Origin: an uncultured virus (IMG/VR IMGVR_UViG_3300028299_000005)
Lineage: Duplodnaviria; Heunggongvirae; Uroviricota; Caudoviricetes
IMG/VR virus record: IMGVR_UViG_3300028299_000005
Length of the DNA stretch: 20,000 nucleotides
Strand: one strand, 5' to 3'
Below, one piece after another: positions 1-8,535 of the stretch (its first letter is position 1; each line of letters begins with the position of its first letter). The position numbers and the translations under genes were made by a program. The notes beneath the pieces were generated by a model. That model was not told the DNA's origin. It did no database searches and saw only the letters and a list, made by a program, of their open reading frames with translations.

Positions 1-176
1 TCTCCAGTATATTTTACAAACACATATGTATCATTTACACTTGTTACAACACCTAAATTTTCTTTTATATGAATACCCCCGTCATTTCCGGCTGCAATAG
101 CTTCCCGCATTAGATGCTCAGGAATATAAAGCACCGCATTGCCTTTTTTAAATTCTGCAGTTGTTCTTTCTTTCAT
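1..176 (-). CDS. hypothetical phage protein, truncated by left window edge
   Basis: ATG at 176; open frame MKERTTAEFKKGNAVLYIPEH...ENLGVVTSVNDTYVFVKYTG runs off the window (not in ORF track). Confidence 0.75.
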   Translation of the reverse strand, partial: MKERTTAEFKKGNAVLYIPEHLMREAIAAGNDGGIHIKENLGVVTSVNDTYVFVKYTG

Positions 177-187
177 CTTAATTTCTC

Positions 188-400
188 TTATTCAAAAGTT
201 TGATCCACAAAATCCCAACATTTTTGACGAAACTCTAATTTTATACGTTCTCGATTCATATAATCTTCTGCGTTAACAATACTTCTCTGTATTCCAGCAA
301 CGCCTTTGATCATGCGTATTGCATTTTCTATATATTCTAGATCATCATCTTTTATATCACTATCTAAAACAATTGTAAATCCTTTTATTCTATCGGTCAT
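188..400 (-). CDS. hypothetical phage protein (70 aa)
   Basis: ORF track; co-oriented, overlaps upstream gene end. Confidence 0.8.
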   Translation of the reverse strand: MTDRIKGFTIVLDSDIKDDDLEYIENAIRMIKGVAGIQRSIVNAEDYMNRERIKLEFRQKCWDFVDQTFE

Positions 401-770
401 TTTTTTCTAATTGATTTTCATCTAAATTCCAAGCATCCATTCTTTTCATAGCTTCTAACACAGATTTTTGAGGCATTAATTTTCTTTTTAAAATGCACCA
501 TTTGACAATACCCCAATACTTGTCTGCTCTCCACATTTCATACAAACTTCTAATTTCAGAATAAGGCAATTTCTCAGCATCCACACACGCAAATGCAAAA
601 ATATCATTACAAACTACACGTAGTTCTACTGTTTCGTCTGTGCTCTGACTTGAAATTAGCTCACCGTTTAGGAGCATATGCGCTAACGCTGCCTCTTCAT
701 TAAAAAGTGTCTCGCCATTTTTTCCTTCGAGATATACATCTTTTTTAACAATCATATTATTTATTTTCAT
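390..770 (-). CDS. hypothetical phage protein (126 aa)
   Basis: ORF track; ATGA overlap with upstream gene at 767-770. Confidence 0.8.
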   Translation of the reverse strand: MKINNMIVKKDVYLEGKNGETLFNEEAALAHMLLNGELISSQSTDETVELRVVCNDIFAFACVDAEKLPYSEIRSLYEMWRADKYWGIVKWCILKRKLMPQKSVLEAMKRMDAWNLDENQLEKNDR

Positions 771-1234
771 TTCAATAAATGTCCAAAGATTTCTTTTTTA
801 TCAGATATATATTCATTAGTTCCCAAAAGAACATGAAAACAGCCTTTTTGTGCTGTTAGTTCTCTCATCCATTTTATCCAATTCGTCTCCAGTAATTTTA
901 CAAATGAGAAGTCATTACCACGTGTCTTATACCTATTAATATACTCAATCTTCAGAAATGGATTTGGATATACGAGCGTAAACTCTAGACCTTCTTCTAC
1001 TAGGGCATCGCGCACTTCTTTATGACTGCTAATAAAAATAATATCTGCTTTTCCTATATTAGCTTTTATATATTCTATATAATTAGTGGGAAAACCCACT
1101 TTATTAAAAGTAGAGCTGTCACTGTCTAATATAACTTTTCCATCCATCCCACCAAACACAGTATAAAAATATGATTTACCTGTGCCTGGAAAAGCTGAAC
1201 ATAACAATGTTTTCTTTTTCTTAAATTTTTTCAC
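767..1234 (-). CDS. P-loop NTPase / nucleotide kinase-like protein
   Basis: Walker A AFPGTGKS, then ILDSDSS and IFISSH; likely start GTG at 1234 with GGAG 7 nt upstream (track start 1252). Confidence 0.75.
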   Translation of the reverse strand: MKKFKKKKTLLCSAFPGTGKSYFYTVFGGMDGKVILDSDSSTFNKVGFPTNYIEYIKANIGKADIIFISSHKEVRDALVEEGLEFTLVYPNPFLKIEYINRYKTRGNDFSFVKLLETNWIKWMRELTAQKGCFHVLLGTNEYISDKKEIFGHLLK

Positions 1235-1442
1235 AATAGGTCTCCATAACAAATTTAGAAAGAACTCCTACTCGTGGAGGTTCTTCTATGGTCTGCACAG
1301 TTACCACATCTAAAACAAAAGTTGCGGCTACTCTAGTTTTGGCACCCGTTACAAAAAATTCAGTGTCGGCGTCTATATCAAACTTAGCTCCATTTTGGTC
1401 AATAAACCCAACAACTGTTTTAGTTCTATATTTTATATTCAT
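1221..1442 (-). CDS. hypothetical protein (73 aa)
   Basis: ORF track; operon context. Confidence 0.7.
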   Translation of the reverse strand: MNIKYRTKTVVGFIDQNGAKFDIDADTEFFVTGAKTRVAATFVLDVVTVQTIEEPPRVGVLSKFVMETYCEKI

Positions 1443-1457
1443 TCTTTATTTCCTAAA

Positions 1458-1694
1458 TTAAATTCGTGTAGTCGTATCAACCGTCAAAAGCCTATATTTT
1501 TGTTCTTGCTCCTCTAATCCCCAATTACGCCTATTTTTTATAGTACGGCGTATCTGTGTTTTAGCCTTTGACTCTGTTTCAACTCTAACAGGATTGCCTC
1601 GACTACAAGAATAACAAAGCTGTCCATCTTCAGAAACAAAAGTCATAGGAATACCCTCTTGATCTGTAATAATAACATATCTTATTTTTTTCAT
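1458..1694 (-). CDS. hypothetical protein
   Basis: ATG at 1694 preceded by GGAGG (track start 1706). Confidence 0.75.
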   Translation of the reverse strand: MKKIRYVIITDQEGIPMTFVSEDGQLCYSCSRGNPVRVETESKAKTQIRRTIKNRRNWGLEEQEQKYRLLTVDTTTRI

Positions 1695-1709
1695 ATATTC
1701 CTCCAAATG

Positions 1710-1733
1710 AAAGGGGCCGATAACTGCCCCTTT
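1710..1733 (-). terminator. probable intrinsic terminator hairpin
   Basis: 8-bp stem AAAGGGGC/GCCCCTTT immediately after the stop of 1737..2033; followed by CATTT on the minus strand (weak U tract). Confidence 0.55.
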
Positions 1734-1736
1734 AAG

Positions 1737-2033
1737 TTAAAATTTCCTTACGATGCCATCTTTTTTAATTATAATCTGTTTACCAAAAAACTTATATAAC
1801 CAACAAAGCTTAATAAAAACCAAACTTTTACGATTAGCGGTTATGTCACTAAAAACATTCCATACTCCATTTAAGAAATATTTAGGTACTTTAACTGTAA
1901 ACGAAAAATCTGTCTCATTCGCTCTTACTTTTAAATTTGGTAAATCTATCGCCATCTTATATAACATTAAACTTAAATCAGGCTGCACCGGAACCGGTGC
2001 TTTTCCTGCCCGTTTTTTTATTATTTTAGCCAT
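1737..2033 (-). CDS. hypothetical protein (98 aa)
   Basis: ORF track; GAGGT SD upstream. Confidence 0.75.
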   Translation of the reverse strand: MAKIIKKRAGKAPVPVQPDLSLMLYKMAIDLPNLKVRANETDFSFTVKVPKYFLNGVWNVFSDITANRKSLVFIKLCWLYKFFGKQIIIKKDGIVRKF

Positions 2034-2092
2034 GGGCCATACCTCTGTTTTTCTATTTTTATTTACTAACCTTTTATAGCAATTCTATATTA

Positions 2093-2476
2093 TTATTCAC
2101 CCTCTATTACTATATCAGGCTTATTACGTTTTATAGGTTCTATAACAAAACCCAATAGTTTTTTTCGTGCTCCGGCTTTTTTTAACTGTTCAAGCTGAAC
2201 GGTTAATTTTCGTCGTTCAAATTCAGCAAATGTCTCTTTATTCATTTTATTTACTTCAAAATATATACCTTCAGGATCATCTCTATAATCCCAAATACCC
2301 TCCAAAACTTCACATTTATCTGTAGTTACTTTAGTTGCTAAAGCCATGCCAAGAGGATGAAAAAATTGTCTATTTACTTCTTGTAAAAAACCTAACTCCC
2401 TAAATTCAGTGATATTCATATATTTTATGGCTTCAGTATTTTTGGACTTTTTTGTTTTTACTATATTTTTTGACAT
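2093..2476 (-). CDS. hypothetical phage protein (127 aa)
   Basis: ORF track; EFRELGFLQEVNRQFFHPLGMAL block resembles small phage proteins (recognition only). Confidence 0.8.
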   Translation of the reverse strand: MSKNIVKTKKSKNTEAIKYMNITEFRELGFLQEVNRQFFHPLGMALATKVTTDKCEVLEGIWDYRDDPEGIYFEVNKMNKETFAEFERRKLTVQLEQLKKAGARKKLLGFVIEPIKRNKPDIVIEGE

Positions 2477-2904
2477 ATTGTTTCTCTAATTATATTTATT
2501 GTTGTATTCAGTGCTCTTTCAATATTTTGTGTATCTTTGTCTTTTTCTTCCTCTTCCATGGTTAACAAATCAACCGCTGGGATTTCTAAAAGAGGAATAG
2601 TTTCTGGAAAACCCGTTTTAGGTTTTGTTATAATGGTAGCAACAGTACTCTTCGGTTTTTTAGTCCAACCCCAATATGCTGCCTGACTATAATAAGACTC
2701 AAGATAAGCAAGTCTTCTAGCCGCTTTTTTTGCTGTTGCAAAACAAACAGGACAATCCATAACTACTTTTAGGGTAGGTTTTGAATCAGTGTAGATTCTA
2801 TCAACTTTATGAATAGAGAGGCCACAAACTGTTTTTTCTTTTAGAGATGTTTTTGTTGATATCTTATGTAAAATTTTGCCATTTGGCACTACCAAATATT
2901 TCAT
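2461..2904 (-). CDS. hypothetical protein, possible Zn-binding N-terminus
   Basis: H..C G L..CPVC pattern; ATG at 2904 with GGAG upstream (track start 2919). Confidence 0.7.
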   Translation of the reverse strand: MKYLVVPNGKILHKISTKTSLKEKTVCGLSIHKVDRIYTDSKPTLKVVMDCPVCFATAKKAARRLAYLESYYSQAAYWGWTKKPKSTVATIITKPKTGFPETIPLLEIPAVDLLTMEEEEKDKDTQNIERALNTTINIIRETICQKI

Positions 2905-3017
2905 TTTACTTTCTCCCAAAAAAAGTAAATTATTTTTTGTGTCATAAATGTCTCCTATTTATCTTTGTAATTCTAAAATTATTTTTCGAACGATTTTAGA
3001 ACTAATTTATCACAGAT

Positions 3018-3204
3018 TTAACTAATGTATAATACTTTTTTAACTGTCATAGCCCGTTCGCCTTTTGGGATTTTACGAGTATTAACAGTTACATCACTCA
3101 TCTCAAAGTTCTTTACAATCGTTCTTGGTATTTCCTGATCAAACGTGAAAAATTAATTTTAACCAAGCTACCAAATTATCAAAAAACTGTTTTAATCTTT
3201 GCAT
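3018..3204 (-). pseudogene. frameshifted small gene (about 61 aa if corrected)
   Basis: AGGAG SD and ATG at 3204; removing one base from the run at 3148-3152 opens the frame to TAA at 3018. Confidence 0.45.
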
Positions 3205-3403
3205 TTGAAAAGTCTCCTTAACCAATTGTCAACATACAATGTGCAATCGTTATTTTTGTTTTGTATATTAAAATTCTTTATTCTTACTTCAACACACTCT
3301 ATAGCTGTATCTTTCTTTCCTATCACTTTTTTACAATGTGCTGGTGTATGAAATTCCACCGATCCCCAACTAAAATATTTGCAGTTTTACAATATACCTT
3401 CAT
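3192..3403 (-). pseudogene. frameshifted Cys-rich small phage protein (MKVYCKNCKY...NKNNDC..Y)
   Basis: ATG at 3403 with AAGGA SD; one extra A in the A4 run (3385-3388) gives a 70-aa ORF with CxxC and NxNNDC. Confidence 0.65.
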
Positions 3404-3414
3404 GGTCTATTCCT

Positions 3415-3600
3415 TTAATTTAAAAGGTAACACGTTATGCAAATAGAAATAAATATAATAATAGCGGGAATTAAAATAAAAGACAATGCTGCTATTAGTG
3501 CCGCCGCCACTACTAAAAATGCCATTATCCCTATTGCAAACGCAGCTAACATTATAATGCCTAACAACCATTTGCCTGTAGCTTTCAAAAACTTTTTCAT
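3415..3600 (-). CDS. small membrane protein (61 aa, two TM helices)
   Basis: Basic N-terminus then about 45 hydrophobic residues; AAGGA SD. Confidence 0.75.
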   Translation of the reverse strand: MKKFLKATGKWLLGIIMLAAFAIGIMAFLVVAAALIAALSFILIPAIIIFISICITCYLLN

Positions 3601-3622
3601 TTATTTTCCTTTTGTTTAATTT

Positions 3623-3695
3623 TGGAGCGGGCGATGAACTTGATTTTCATATCTCTCTGCTAAAATGCCGAGGCTCTCCTTTGAGCTACGCCCAC
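3623..3695 (-). tRNA. degenerate tRNA / tRNA-like RNA (possibly Lys-UUU derived)
   Basis: Acceptor GTGGGCG/CGCCCGC, TA at 8-9, D arm GCTC/GAGC, T stem ATGAA/TTCAT, encoded CCA; but 6-nt anticodon loop ATTTTA and T loop AATCAAG. Confidence 0.65.
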
Positions 3696-3701
3696 ATATT
3701 T

Positions 3702-4052
3702 TTAATTGCTTTCAAAAATCCACGCTGGTCTTTTACTGTTCTCAGGTGCTCGTATTCTTCGTGAATGCCAAGGATCTGTTAGATCAATAACCATCTTTAT
3801 GTTTTTATTGTATCCTAAAATTTCTTCATTCAGCGGGGCATCTATAATTTCTACATGTCTTTCCAATATATGTGTAAATGATAATGAAAGCCCGCAATTC
3901 ACACACGGAATTGTAGTCAGCCATAAACCATTATTACTGTGCGTGACTATGCACTCTGTTCCCACTGGGACTGAACCATAGTGATTTTTGAGTTCATGTA
4001 CACATCGTACCTTTAAGCCAATTCAATCCATTTTTCGTTTAGGCAATTTCAT
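3702..4052 (-). CDS. hypothetical CxxC protein with in-frame TGA at codon 10
   Basis: ATG at 4052 with AAGGA SD, in frame with track ORF 3702..3965; TGA at 4023-4025 (MKLPKRKMD*IGLKVR...). Confidence 0.6.
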
Positions 4053-4053
4053 A

Positions 4054-4314
4054 TTATTCCTTTATCTTTAAAAATTTCAATTCGGTTTTTTTATCAAAAC
4101 CATCTCGAACAGGACATAGCGGATTTACGCCAAAAAGAGCTGCCACTATCTCAGGTTTTAAATATTTTGGATAAGGCTGTTTTGGTAAATCCCACCCAAT
4201 AGTAATTCCTGTACCATAGTCATCTATAATATAACCATTTGTGCCTTTTGGCACTCCAGAAAAATCCCGTAATGACTCAACTTCGGAACCTATTTTAATT
4301 TCTTTTATTGTCAT
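4054..4314 (-). CDS. hypothetical phage protein
   Basis: ATG at 4314 overlaps upstream TGA (ATGA); track start 4329. Confidence 0.8.
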   Translation of the reverse strand: MTIKEIKIGSEVESLRDFSGVPKGTNGYIIDDYGTGITIGWDLPKQPYPKYLKPEIVAALFGVNPLCPVRDGFDKKTELKFLKIKE

Positions 4315-4505
4315 TGTCGATGATTCCAAGCTTCTGTTACTTCACACTTAGTAGAACCACTTACACGTACAGAGTGATTGTATTTTATACAACCGAGCTC
4401 ATAGGTATCATGCTTACCGAACGGCCAAAAAATATTTCGATGTCGGAGTACTTGTGGTATATGCGCACAAAAAGGACAGGGTAACAAATCAATTTTTCTT
4501 TTCAT
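4311..4505 (-). CDS. Lar (restriction alleviation)-like zinc finger protein
   Basis: LLPCPFC N-terminus and C-terminal AWN motif typical of the family. Confidence 0.6.
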   Translation of the reverse strand: MKRKIDLLPCPFCAHIPQVLRHRNIFWPFGKHDTYELGCIKYNHSVRVSGSTKCEVTEAWNHRQ

Positions 4506-4859
4506 TTAGTCTCCTTCTATAATTCCTGCTGGAAATTGTTCACAAAAGAATTTTAATGCCAATAAAGCATTTCCTGCATTTCCTTGTGTGGCCTCCCAGT
4601 AATTATTTGTTTTATCAATACCTAATTTTTCTATGGCTTTATTTATATGTAATAGACACTCTTTACCGGTTTTACCATATAAAAACCTAATACCTTCATC
4701 TCCTAACACTTCCTTATAAAAATAACCATAATTATAAGTAATATTATGTTCTGCAAGGTCATTGCCACCTATAATATATGTTCCGCCTTTATAATAATGT
4801 GGCTCTTTTAATTTGCAAACCTCACCTTGTATATTAACCATTCTTATGTCGTAACTCAT
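4506..4859 (-). CDS. hypothetical phage protein (117 aa)
   Basis: ORF track; AGGAG SD; MSYDI...NITYNY...YW motif. Confidence 0.8.
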   Translation of the reverse strand: MSYDIRMVNIQGEVCKLKEPHYYKGGTYIIGGNDLAEHNITYNYGYFYKEVLGDEGIRFLYGKTGKECLLHINKAIEKLGIDKTNNYWEATQGNAGNALLALKFFCEQFPAGIIEGD

Positions 4860-5229
4860 GGATATCTCCTAAATTTGTTAATACTATATCTGAATGCAAT
4901 AACTTTGAAATCTGATGTTTACTGTTTGGCTTATTATAAGAGCTATTCAATCGAATAACGTTATTACCTGCATAAGTGTACAGTTCTTCCCAGCTTATTC
5001 GCTTAATAAATTCTTGATATTTCTTATCTAATTCTTTCCAAAACTGATATGTTTTTGAAGGAAAACGCCAACTGAAGAATTCTGATATAGCCTGTGGTCT
5101 GAGACTTATCAGGACTATACTTAGATCATGAGAAGCGGCTGCTGCATTGCCATAGGTTAAAAAGAAGTGTTTATAAACCTCTAAAACACCTTCTCGCTTT
5201 AAAAACCAATATAATGTTTTGAAATTCAT
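4834..5229 (-). CDS. hypothetical protein (131 aa)
   Basis: ORF track; operon context. Confidence 0.75.
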   Translation of the reverse strand: MNFKTLYWFLKREGVLEVYKHFFLTYGNAAAASHDLSIVLISLRPQAISEFFSWRFPSKTYQFWKELDKKYQEFIKRISWEELYTYAGNNVIRLNSSYNKPNSKHQISKLLHSDIVLTNLGDIHELRHKNG

Positions 5230-5232
5230 AAC

Positions 5233-5499
5233 TTAAAGTCTGCTAACAGTTTCTTTTAATTTCAGCTGTGCGGGGGTATGTTCGACGAATAGCCATTCAT
5301 CTGTATTTGTATCCGGTTTTACTTTGATTATGTTAAAAGCATACACAGAGCCCAACTCATCAAAGAGGCCTATCTCAGAACAATGTGTTTCAATCATGCG
5401 AATATCGCCCCTCATATTATCTTTCATAACACCCGTTACCAATGGGCCAAGTTGGTTTGTAAGAATAGCCATACCTGCTTTTATATCATTTGTTTTCAT
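5233..5499 (-). CDS. hypothetical phage protein (88 aa)
   Basis: ATGA overlap with radical SAM stop; AGGAG SD. Confidence 0.8.
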   Translation of the reverse strand: MKTNDIKAGMAILTNQLGPLVTGVMKDNMRGDIRMIETHCSEIGLFDELGSVYAFNIIKVKPDTNTDEWLFVEHTPAQLKLKETVSRL

Positions 5500-6326
5500 T
5501 TTATCTCCTTTAAATTAAAGCTTGATTTATATAGTTTCATAGTAGGTAAATTTAAATATTTACTTAATAACTCTGGCTCATATAAAGACATTTTTAACCA
5601 TTTTTTATCTTGTAAATATGGATAAAAATTAGCTCCAAAAGCTATTTTTGAATAATCTATTTTTTTTATCTGTTCAAATAAATACCCAAAATCTGTGAAT
5701 GTACGCGAAGCTCTGCCCATCCTCATATATGGTAGTAATACAAAATAATGTACTTTTGGAAATTTTTTATAGATCTCAAGAAAATCATCTACAGAATCTT
5801 TATCAGATATAATTATATGCAGATTAGTTCTAATCCCGGCAGCTATATAACAATGCGCTGCCACTTCCCATGCCAGATGTTTATGTGTCGACACTGCCAC
5901 ACCTCCACAATAGTTCTGTGTTAGTTTTATTAGTGACGAAGACATATTAAGTCCGTTTGTAGTATAGTTAGGCATAATTCCTAAAGCCCGACAGGTTTTT
6001 ATGATTTCTTCAAATTGTACATGATCTGTCGGCTCTCCGCCGCCAAAAGCTACTTGAAACGGTCTTTGATGCGGAGTCATACATTCAAAAAAAGTTTTAA
6101 AGCGTTCAAGAACAGGTAGATCACGACTATATGAGGTACAGCTATTTTGATAACAATATGGACAGCCGCCTTTACAATAGTTTGTAATACTTACGTCATA
6201 AAATTCAGGGTAATCAAGTTCTTGAATAGGCTTTGAAGGGTCTATAGTCATTCTTATAGTTTTTCCGCTACTATTAAAAATAGCATAATAATTTTTATCT
6301 TCAAACCTTCTAGTTTTAATCACCAA
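5496..6326 (-). CDS. radical SAM enzyme (no SPASM domain seen)
   Basis: CxxxCxxC motif CKGGCPYC, GGGEPT, YTTNG and VAVS motifs. Confidence 0.92.
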   Translation of the reverse strand: MVIKTRRFEDKNYYAIFNSSGKTIRMTIDPSKPIQELDYPEFYDVSITNYCKGGCPYCYQNSCTSYSRDLPVLERFKTFFECMTPHQRPFQVAFGGGEPTDHVQFEEIIKTCRALGIMPNYTTNGLNMSSSLIKLTQNYCGGVAVSTHKHLAWEVAAHCYIAAGIRTNLHIIISDKDSVDDFLEIYKKFPKVHYFVLLPYMRMGRASRTFTDFGYLFEQIKKIDYSKIAFGANFYPYLQDKKWLKMSLYEPELLSKYLNLPTMKLYKSSFNLKEIK

Positions 6327-6401
6327 TCTTCCTAAGCTTCAGATCTTTGAATAGCCAGACTAAGAACTGCTTTCTGTTGTTTTTTATTTAGTTTCTTCAT
6401 T

Positions 6402-6779
6402 TTAACCTAAATGATAGCGTTTACAATTAAAGCTATCTTCAATCACGTCAAAAAATTTGTAAGGTATGCTGTTGTCATCTGTTCCTGTAATGAGAACATC
6501 TCCAACTTTTAAATGCTTTAAACTGGGATAATCGTCTGCCCAATTTTCATGATAATCCTTTACTGTTTCTTCGTCAGCCAATGTTACTGTTAAACAATCA
6601 CTAAGAGCTTCTGATCCAGTATCATTATATAGTGCCTTATAGTATGGCCATTTTTCCTCCAAAATACCTCTAACCATGTCAGCTGATTTTTCTCCACTAG
6701 CTACAAATAATTCAGTAGATGAATTTGTTATGACATCCACGAAAGAGTGAATAGACACAACAAAAAATGTTTTTTTCAT
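6402..6779 (-). CDS. acidic protein with DVITNSSTE motif
   Basis: ORF track; ATGA overlap; directly upstream of the radical SAM gene. Confidence 0.8.
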   Translation of the reverse strand: MKKTFFVVSIHSFVDVITNSSTELFVASGEKSADMVRGILEEKWPYYKALYNDTGSEALSDCLTVTLADEETVKDYHENWADDYPSLKHLKVGDVLITGTDDNSIPYKFFDVIEDSFNCKRYHLG

Positions 6780-7003
6780 AATTTTTCCTTCCTATAGTCT
6801 AAAATTTCATTTAGTTTATTAATAAATTCTTGAGATTGAAGAATACGCCCTTCTCTAATATATATAAGCATTTTATTATCAACGGAATTTTTTCTTAAAG
6901 GCTCTAATTCTGCACGGTATTGATCAATCTCTGCCTGCGTATCCTGTATATCTTGCTCAATAGTTTCCGTAGGAATATGTGTATATTTGCTAAAGCATGT
7001 CAT
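6776..7003 (-). CDS. hypothetical coiled-coil protein (75 aa)
   Basis: ORF track; heptad-like composition. Confidence 0.7.
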   Translation of the reverse strand: MTCFSKYTHIPTETIEQDIQDTQAEIDQYRAELEPLRKNSVDNKMLIYIREGRILQSQEFINKLNEILDYRKEKL

Positions 7004-7013
7004 TATTTAAACT

Positions 7014-7391
7014 CTATATTAAATCACGCGAATTAAACTTATTATTGCCTTTATCCTCTGTAGGCCCTTTTTCCTCGTCATCAATAAAATTAATCCATAC
7101 TTTCTTTATTCTTTTGCCCCAATCACCTTCTTCGCCAACAAGAGCATATACCGGATATGTACCATCACCACGTCCAGAAGACACACACACTCCAAGGCCT
7201 TCATGACCAAGATCATAATTAAAGGACTTCATTGTGGGGAATTTTTCTGACAGCCCCTCACAAAACTCAAACCAACTTTTACCTATTGCTTTAGGAAGGG
7301 TTTTGCTATGTAAAACATAACAAGGATCTCCAATCCAAACTAAACCGGCATCAACGCCTATCATTCCTATTTTTACAACTGTGTCTTTCAT
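7014..7391 (-). CDS. DUF4241-like protein
   Basis: GVDAGLVWIGDPCY and SSGRGDGTYPVY motifs. Confidence 0.6.
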   Translation of the reverse strand: MKDTVVKIGMIGVDAGLVWIGDPCYVLHSKTLPKAIGKSWFEFCEGLSEKFPTMKSFNYDLGHEGLGVCVSSGRGDGTYPVYALVGEEGDWGKRIKKVWINFIDDEEKGPTEDKGNNKFNSRDLI

Positions 7392-7427
7392 TATTTCATC
7401 TTCTCTCTATTTTGTTATTTAAATTGT

Positions 7428-7574
7428 TGGGACGGCCGGAGGCCTTCAGCTCACGGCGCAGCCCCTCTCTGTAAAAAAGAGTATTTTATTTTACTTCCTT
7501 CATCCTAAGGAAGCCGTGATTCAGAATTACCGGACTTCGCACACTACATGTGAAATCGTGCAACTGCCGCCCCA
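7428..7574 (-). ncRNA. unknown structured RNA (147 nt)
   Basis: GC-rich intergenic island; closing stem TGGGGCGGC/GCCGTCCCA, internal TCACGGC/GCCGTGA, CTTCCTT/AAGGAAG, GCAC/GTGC; G-U pair favours minus strand. Confidence 0.6.
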
Positions 7575-7600
7575 TTATTTTTAGTTACTTACTTAATTTT

Positions 7601-7780
7601 TTAAGTATTTACCGGAACAAATACAGCCGTAGCTTTCATGCCTTTAGCACGATCAGTATCTGTAATACGATATATCCAGCCACCAATAACACGAATTATC
7701 TCAATAGAGAGAGAACCCTGTAGATATCCAACAGATGTATGTAAAGGCATGTCATTTAAAACTTCTTGTGTTATTAACAT
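7601..7780 (-). CDS. small phage protein (59 aa, RVxGGWIY...VFVP motif)
   Basis: Read manually, below ORF-track cutoff: MLITQEVLNDMPLH...IIRVIGGWIYR...AVFVPVNT. Confidence 0.75.
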   Translation of the reverse strand: MLITQEVLNDMPLHTSVGYLQGSLSIEIIRVIGGWIYRITDTDRAKGMKATAVFVPVNT

Positions 7781-7807
7781 TTTCTATTTTTTGGTTTTTT
7801 AATTTTT

Positions 7808-8083
7808 TCACCCTATGTCCTTTGTAGCATCTGGAAAATAGCCACTTGTCATCAGTTCTAACCAGCGTTCGGCATTTTTCCGTATTATTATTACTCGAGC
7901 TATTGAAGAAGAACAATCATGAAAGGAATAATAATCCTGTTCCTCCAATTCAATAAAAGTACTGGCATCATCAAAAAGAATATATACAGGCTCAATATGT
8001 TGTTTTTTCTTTTTGAAAGGCTTCATACGAAAACCTTTTATTGCTACAACTTTTAATCCTATAATGTTTAGTAAAGAAATCAT
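7808..8083 (-). CDS. hypothetical phage protein (91 aa)
   Basis: ORF track. Confidence 0.75.
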   Translation of the reverse strand: MISLLNIIGLKVVAIKGFRMKPFKKKKQHIEPVYILFDDASTFIELEEQDYYSFHDCSSSIARVIIIRKNAERWLELMTSGYFPDATKDIG

Positions 8084-8087
8084 ATTT

Positions 8088-8312
8088 TTATGTCTGCTCT
8101 TTTATATTATCTACTGCCGGTTTTAATATTTTTAAAGTTATGTATGACCACCAAGTAATCTTGTGCCAAGTTTTTTTACCTTGAAAATTCTTTATTTTTT
8201 CAATAGCTTCGTACTTCGACGCCTTAATTCTAATTTTTCCAATAGCGTCACCATCTTTATTTATTATCTTATAATATGCTTTATATTTCATATATTTCAT
8301 ATATTTAATCAA
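8088..8312 (-). CDS. hypothetical basic protein
   Basis: ORF track; start uncertain (repeated KYM). Confidence 0.6.
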   Translation of the reverse strand: MIKYMKYMKYKAYYKIINKDGDAIGKIRIKASKYEAIEKIKNFQGKKTWHKITWWSYITLKILKPAVDNIKEQT

Positions 8313-8496
8313 AGTACTTCATTGGATGACAAATTGAATCACAACCATGCCAATCAAGATTAGCTTTTATTTGTTTACCTACTGACCGAATAAAATCTAC
8401 GATCATCTCAGCCATTAAAAAATCAGGCATATCACATTCATTCTCGATCGAATATTTGTTAATTAATTCTTCTAGTTCTTTTTTAAATGCTTCCAT
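8305..8496 (-). CDS. small phage protein (63 aa)
   Basis: GGAG SD; LINKYSIEN..MPDFLMAE motif. Confidence 0.8.
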   Translation of the reverse strand: MEAFKKELEELINKYSIENECDMPDFLMAEMIVDFIRSVGKQIKANLDWHGCDSICHPMKYFD

Positions 8497-8535
8497 TAAA
8501 TTTCTCCATATTTTTACTCCTTTGTGTTTTGTTTA

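Noticed and set aside
1715..1724. 10-nt identity GGCCGATAAC with the allo-tRNA anticodon arm (9693-9702)
   Set aside because: A single 10-mer match is expected by chance in 20 kb.
7428..7574. RNase P RNA, tmRNA or SRP RNA
   Set aside because: Too short for RNase P or tmRNA, no T loop or G3:U70 pair, and only partial string matches to the SRP and RNase P motifs.
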